Assembly (NCBI RefSeq): GCF_009914755.1
Contig: NC_060947.1
Source of the DNA: the human T2T-CHM13v2.0 reference genome, Homo sapiens
Reading direction: 5' to 3' (one strand)
Length of the DNA: 64,000 nt
Shown: positions 58,236 through 64,000 of the stretch, one piece after another
Numbering within the stretch: the first letter of the stretch is position 1
How the letters are laid out: every line of letters starts with the position of its first letter
Notes under the pieces: generated by a model
The model's database searches: none
What the model saw: only the letters and a program-made list of their open reading frames with translations
Told to the model about the DNA's origin: nothing
Made by a program: the position numbers and the translations under genes

Positions 58236-59188
58236 ATATTCCATGTTCATCAATTGAAAGAATCAATATTGTTAAAACATTCATGTTACCCAAAGCAATC
58301 TATAGATTCCAAGTAATCCATATCAAAATACCAACGACATCTTCACAGAAATAGAAAAAAATAATCTTAACATTTATTACAAAACTTTGTATTATTACAA
58401 AATACCCACAGTAGCCATAGCTATCTAGAGCAAAAAGAACAAAACTGCAGGAATCATGTTATCTGACTTCATATGATACCTCAGAGCTATAGTAACCAAA
58501 ACAGAATGGTAGAGGCACGCAGATCAATGAAACAGAATAGAGAACCCAGAAATAAATCAATACATCTCCGGTGATCTCATTTTTGATGAAGGTATCAAGA
58601 ACATAAATTGGAGAAAGGATAGTCTCTTTAATAAATTGTGGTAGGAAAACTGGAAATCCACATGCAGAAGAATGAAACTATACCCCTATCTGTTGCCATA
58701 TGCACAAATCAAATCAAATGGATTGAAAATTTAAATCTAAGACCTCAAACTATGAAACTACTAAGAAGAATTCATTAGGAAAATTCTCTAAGACATTGGT
58801 CTGGGCAAAGATTTATTGAGTAACACCCCAAAGCATGGGCAACTAAAACAAAAATGAACAAATAGGACCACCTTATGTTAAAAAGCTTCTGCATAGCAAA
58901 GGAAAAATCAATAAAGTGAAGAGACACAGAGTAGGAAAAACTATTTGCAAACTTGCCATTTGACAAGGGACTAATAACCAGAACATATAGGGAGCTCATA
59001 CAACTCTATAGAAAAAAATCTAATAATCTAATTAATAAGAGGGTAAAACATCTGAATAGACATTTCTCAAAGGAATACATACACATGGCAAAGAGGTTTA
59101 TGAAAAGGTATTTAACATTATTGACCATCAGACAAATACAAATTAAGTCTACAATGTGATATTATCTCATCTCAGTTAAAATTGTTTT

Positions 59189-60555
59189 TTTTTAAATTAT
59201 TTTATTGTTGTTGTTGTTTTAAGTTCTGGAGTACAGGTGCAGGTTTGTTACATAGGTAAACATGTGCCATGGTGGTTTGCTGCACCTAACAACCCATCAC
59301 CTAGGTATTAAGCCCAGCAAGCATTAACTCTTTTCCCTAATGTTCTACATCCCTGCCCTCCCATGACAGGCCCCAGTAAGTATTGTTTCCCTCCCTGTGT
59401 CTATGTGTTCTCATTGTTCAGCTCCCACTATTAAGTGAGAACATGGCAGTGTTTGGTTTGCTGTTCCTGTGTTAGTTTGCTGAGGATAATGGCTTCTAGC
59501 TTCATTTATGTCCCTGCAAAGGATGTGATCTCATTCCTTTTTATGGCTGCATAGTACTACATGGTGTATATATACCACATTCTCTTTATCCAATCTATCA
59601 CTGATGGGCATTTGGGTTGATTTCATGTCTTTGTTATTGTGAATAGTGCTGCAATGAACATACACGTGCATGTATCTTTATAAGATCCCACTATTAAGTG
59701 AGGACATGGCAGTGTTTGGTTTGCTGTTCCTGCGTTAGTTTGCTGAGGATAACGGCTTCTAGCTTCATTTATGTCCCTGCAAAGGACATGATCTCATTCC
59801 TTTTTATGGCTGCATAGTACTACATGGTGTATATATACCACATTCTCTTTATCCAATCTATCACTGATGGGCATTTGGGTTGATTTCACGTCTCTGTTAT
59901 TGTGAATAGTGCTGCAATGAACATACACATGCGTGTATCTTTATAATAGAATTATTTATATTCCTTTGGGTACATACCCAGGAATGGAATTGCTGGGTCA
60001 AATGGTATTTCCAGTTCTTAATCTTTGTGGAATCACTGCACTGTCTTCCGCAATAGTTGAACTAATTTACAATCCCACCAATGGTGTAAAAGTGTTCCTA
60101 TTTCTCTGCAACCTCGTCAGCATCTGTTTTTTTCAACTTCTTAATAATGGCCATTCTGACTGGAGTGAGATGGTATCTCATTGTGCTTTTGATTTACATT
60201 TCTCTAATGATCAGTGATGTTGGGCTTTTTTTCATGTTTGTTGGCTGCATGTATGTCTTCTTTTTAGAAGTGTCTGTTCATATTATTTGCTCGCTTTTTA
60301 ATTGGGTCTTTTTTCTTGTTATTTGTTTAATTTCATTGTAGATTCTGGATATTAGACCTTTGTCAGATGGATAGATTGCAAAAATTTTCTCCCATTCTAT
60401 AGGTTATCTGTTCGTTCTGATGATAGTTTTGTTTGTGGAAACTCTTTAGTTTAATTAGATCCCATTTGTCAATTTTTGGTTTCATTGCAATTGCTTTTGG
60501 CGATTTCATCATAAAAGTTTTGCCAACGCCTTTGTCCTGAATGGTATTGCCTAGG
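59189..60555 (-). mobile_element. L1PA10-like, 5'-truncated
   Basis: T-rich tail, then aacccatcacctaggtattaagcccagc. ORF 60363-60560: [39 protein letters not shown]. Confidence 0.9.
59423..59946. repeat. 263-bp head-to-tail tandem duplication within L1PA10
   Basis: 59423-59683 versus 59686-59946, with about 9 substitutions counted by eye. Confidence 0.95.
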
Positions 60556-61358
60556 GGCAAAGAGATTTATGAAAAGGTGATCAACATTATTTATCAACAG
60601 AGAAATACAAATTAAGTCTACAATGTGATATTATCTCACCTCAGTTAAAATCGTTTTCAATAAAAGATAGTAACAACTGCTGAAAAGACATGGGGAAAAG
60701 AGAACCCTCACACACTGTAGTACAACCACTAGGGAGAACAGTTTGGAGGTACCTCAGAAAACTAAAAATATAACTACCATAAGATCCAGCAATCCTTTGG
60801 CTAGGTATATGCCTCAAAGTTAGGAAACCAGTATATCAAAGATATATCTACACTCCCTTGTTTATTGTAACACTAATCACAATAGCAAAGATTTAGAATC
60901 AACCTAAGTGCCCATAAGCAGATAAATGTAGAAATAAAATGTGGTACACATAGACAATGCAGTACCATTCAGCCTTAATAAGTAAAATGAGATCCTGTCA
61001 GTTGCAACAACATGGATGGAACTGGAGGACACAATGTTAAGTAAAATAAACCAGGCACAGAAAGACATACTTCACATGTTCTCACTCATTTGTGGGAGTT
61101 AAAATTAAAAAAAAATTGTACGCATACAGATAGAGAGTAGAAGGATGATTACCAGAGGCTAGGAAGTGTTATAAGGAGGAAGTGAGGGAAACGGGAATGG
61201 TTAATGGGTACAAAAATGTAGTTAGATAGAATAAATACCATCTAATATTTGATACTCAAGAGTGTGACTACAGTCAACAGTAATTTATTGTACATTTTTA
61301 AATAACAAAAAGAATATGATTAGAATGTTTGTAACACAAAGAAATGATAAATGCCTGA

Positions 61359-61871
61359 TGCCAAGACCAGCTCAGTCGCAGAGACCCTAACCCAGCGGCA
61401 CTAGAGGAATTAAAGACACACACACAGAAATATAGAAGTGTGGAGTGGGAAATCAGGGGTCTCACAGCCTTCAGAGCTGAGAGCCCTGAACAGAGATTTA
61501 CTCACATATTTATTAACAGCAAGCCAGTAATTAGCATTGTTTCTACAGATATTAAATGAACTAAAAGTATCCCTTATGGGAAACAAAGGGATGGGCCGAA
61601 TTAAAGGAATAGGTTGGGCTAGTTATCTGCAGCAGGAGCATGTCCTTAAGGCACAGATTCCTCATGCTATTGTTTGTGATTTAAGAACCCCTTTAAGCAG
61701 TTTTCTGCCCTGGGCAGGCCAGGTGTTCCTTGACCTCATTCTGGTAAACCCACAACCTTCCAGAGTGGGCATCATGGCCATCATGAACATGTCACAGTGC
61801 TGCAGAGATTTTGTTTATGGCCAGTATTGGGGCCAGTTTATGGCCAGATTTTGGGGGACTTGTTCCCAACA
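61359..61871 (-). mobile_element. MER9 (HERV-K HML-3) solo LTR
   Basis: 513 bp with TG...CA termini (minus strand tgttgggaacaagtccccc...ctggtcttggca). 6-bp TSD gcctga/gcctaa. Confidence 0.92.
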
Positions 61872-62229
61872 GCCTAAGTTGATGGATACCCCAATTACCC
61901 TGATGTGCGTATTACATATTGCTTGCCTGTATCAAAATATTTCACATATTCCATAAATATATACACTTACCAAGTATCCATAAAAGTTAAAAATTTTTTT
62001 AAAAATAAAAATCTACTGTTCTGGCAATATTCCTTATTCTCATCAAGGTCATCATCATACAAGGAAGCTCAAATTCATTCTGTTTGCCTCATTCTCCCTA
62101 TTTTATGTTGGGTGTTTTTAAATGGAGTCAATTCTCTTCCTTTATATCTTCATATCCTCAATCCTGCTGAACTTTTCCTAATGCTGGCCCTAATTATTTC
62201 TCCCTTGTTCTATGTAATTACTTCTTTAC

Positions 62230-63530
62230 CTCTTTACTGCATTCACCTTATTTAACCTCAATTCTTTTTCAGACTACTGAATCCTCCAAACTAGTTTGCT
62301 AAAATAAAAATCTAATCTTATCACTTTCTTGTTAAAACTTTTTAGTTATCCATCATTTCCTGCAAAGGACTGGAATTTCTAGCTGGCAGAATTGTATATT
62401 TATGAGGAGTCTCTCACTTCAGCTCTTACTACTTGCTTCCTTTGTCATCCTAGGATCTAGCTGCTACTGAGCTATCTAAATTTCTATATATTTTCATCTC
62501 CATATTTTGCACATGTTATTTCTCAGCGGATTACCATTCCCCAGCTCCTGCATGAGTGAAACCTTAATTCCCCTCCTGACCCAGTTCAATAATCCTCTTT
62601 TCTATTATATTTATTTTCTACTGCCTCCAATCTTCAGACACAGTTGATTCCTCTTTCTTCTAAGCCAGATGTGTACCCAGAACACATTGTTATGAGTGGA
62701 AGTATCTGTATGGGTCTGTAGTAACTTCAGTCCTTGCCTCCTCAGAAGAAATAAGTTGACTGAGGGGCATAAAGCAGAAAAAGAGACCAAGGCAAGTTGC
62801 AGAGCAGGAGTGGAAGTTTATTTAAAAAGGCTTTAGAACAGAAAAGATAAGAAAATTCGCTTGAAAGAGACCCAAGTGGGTGTTATGTAGGTCCAAGAGA
62901 AAAAAGAGAGCAAAAGAAGACAGCAAAAAAGAAGGAGCCTTTAACCTTGATACTGGGACTTTATAGACTCACCTTTTTCCAACATGAGTCTTCCCTTAGG
63001 TTCGGCTTTCTGCATGCCCACAGCTTTCCTTACCCTTTGGAAGTGAGCATGAGCCGTGTGTTTAGGGAGTTATATGCCTGCCCGCCCGAGCCTTCCTTTT
63101 TCCAGTGGCATGTAACTGATGGCATCCACTTTGCTGTTTTTGTCTCTTAACATGCATGCCCAAGAAGTTGCTTCTTCCTGAGGCCTGCATTCAATTAACA
63201 TTTTGATGTTAACAGGTGTGGACTATCAGGAAGTAGCCTCTCCCTGGCACTGCTGAATTATCATTTTTTAGAGGCAGTGTGATAATTGCTGAAACATCAC
63301 CAGACATTTGTAGTGGGTGAGGGGAGAGCCCTCTCCTGCTTCCCTCATGCCTAACTACCTGTAACAACATCATTCTATTTTAATGATTGTTTTACCTGTT
63401 ACTCTAACTACACTCTGAAAACTTTGAGTGGAAGTATGGTATCACATGTTATTACCAACACAAAACATGCCACTTGGCATACAGCAAATGGTTAATCAAT
63501 GGTTGCTTAACAAATGGAGAAACTGAACAT
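62230..63530 (+). mobile_element. L2 3' region, split by an ERV1 LTR
   Basis: aaaatctaatcttatcactttcttgttaaaac...; 3' end ttggcatacagcaaatggttaatcaatggttgcttaacaaatg. Confidence 0.6.
62688..63366 (-). mobile_element. ERV1 solo LTR (PABL_A/MER83-like)
   Basis: Minus strand starts tgttacaggtagttaggcatgag...caggagagggctctccc. TG...CA termini and a perfect 4-bp TSD acat (62684-62687 and 63367-63370). Confidence 0.85.
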
Positions 63531-63594
63531 ATGTTGTTTCTGTTTCAGTGGAAATATTGAGTGAGGTAGAAGATGGGATATGACTTTTATGTGC

Positions 63595-63769
63595 TGCTAT
63601 GGGCTAAATTGTGTTCCCCCAAAATTTCTACATTGGGGCTTTAACCTCCAGTAGTTCAGAATGTGACTGTAATTGGATATGGGGCCATACAGAGGTGATT
63701 AAGTTAAAATGAGGCCATTAGGGGCACCAATCTAATTTGGCTGGTGTCCTTAGAAGAAAAAGAATTGTA
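63595..63769 (+). mobile_element. MLT1B-type MaLR LTR, 5' part
   Basis: tgctatgggctaaattgtgttccccc...cagaatgtgactgtaattgga...ctggtgtcctt. Confidence 0.8.
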
Positions 63770-64000
63770 GGCCAGGCATGGTGGCTCAAGCCTGTAATCC
63801 CAGCACTTTGGGAGGTCAAGACGGGTGGATCAGGAGGTTAGGAGATTGAGACCCTCCTGGCTAACACGGTGAAACCCCGTCTCTACTAAAAATACAAAAA
63901 AATTAGCCAGGCATGGTGGTGGGTGCCTGTAGTCCCAGCTACTTGGGAGGCTGAGGCAGAAGAATGGTGTGAACCTGGGAGGCGGAGCCTGCAGTGAGCC
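63770..64000 (+). mobile_element. AluY, running off the window end
   Basis: gagaccctcctggctaacacggtgaaaccc and agaatggtgtgaacctgggaggcggagc. Confidence 0.93.

Larger units (their letters stand above)
58236..62010 (+). mobile_element. L1MA2/3-like ORF2 3' part and 3' UTR (interrupted by L1PA10 and MER9); likely the 3' half of the 50218 element
   Basis: atattccatgttc...; 3' UTR gatggataccccaattaccctgatgtg...; A-rich tail at ~62000. Confidence 0.85.

Overview
Primate genomic DNA, human or great ape (it contains AluY and an L1PA3-type LINE-1). The window is AT-rich and roughly two-thirds transposon-derived: L1 of many ages, Alu/FLAM, THE1C/MSTA/MLT MaLR and ERVL LTRs, a MER50-type ERV1 remnant, MER9 and PABL-like solo LTRs, plus MIR, L2 and MER5 relics. 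I cannot support any host protein-coding exon, tRNA, rRNA, ncRNA gene or CRISPR array. The long ORFs in the track are mostly L1, Alu, MaLR or low-complexity by-products, and the remainder have no supporting features. I found no evidence for a new biological system. What stands out is a set of atypical insertion and repair scars visible in the sequence: (1) an L1 with a 102-bp target-site duplication (TSD); (2) a ~280-bp orphan retrocopy with poly(A), TSD and endonuclease site but no L1/Alu 3' end; (3) a THE1C/MSTA chimeric LTR element bounded by one 5-bp direct repeat; (4) a twin-primed L1 fused to another L1 5' half; (5) a probable endonuclease-independent L1 insertion; (6) several microhomology-templated insertions. 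Subfamily names are from recalled consensus sequences and need RepeatMasker/Dfam confirmation. Boundaries without a TSD are approximate.
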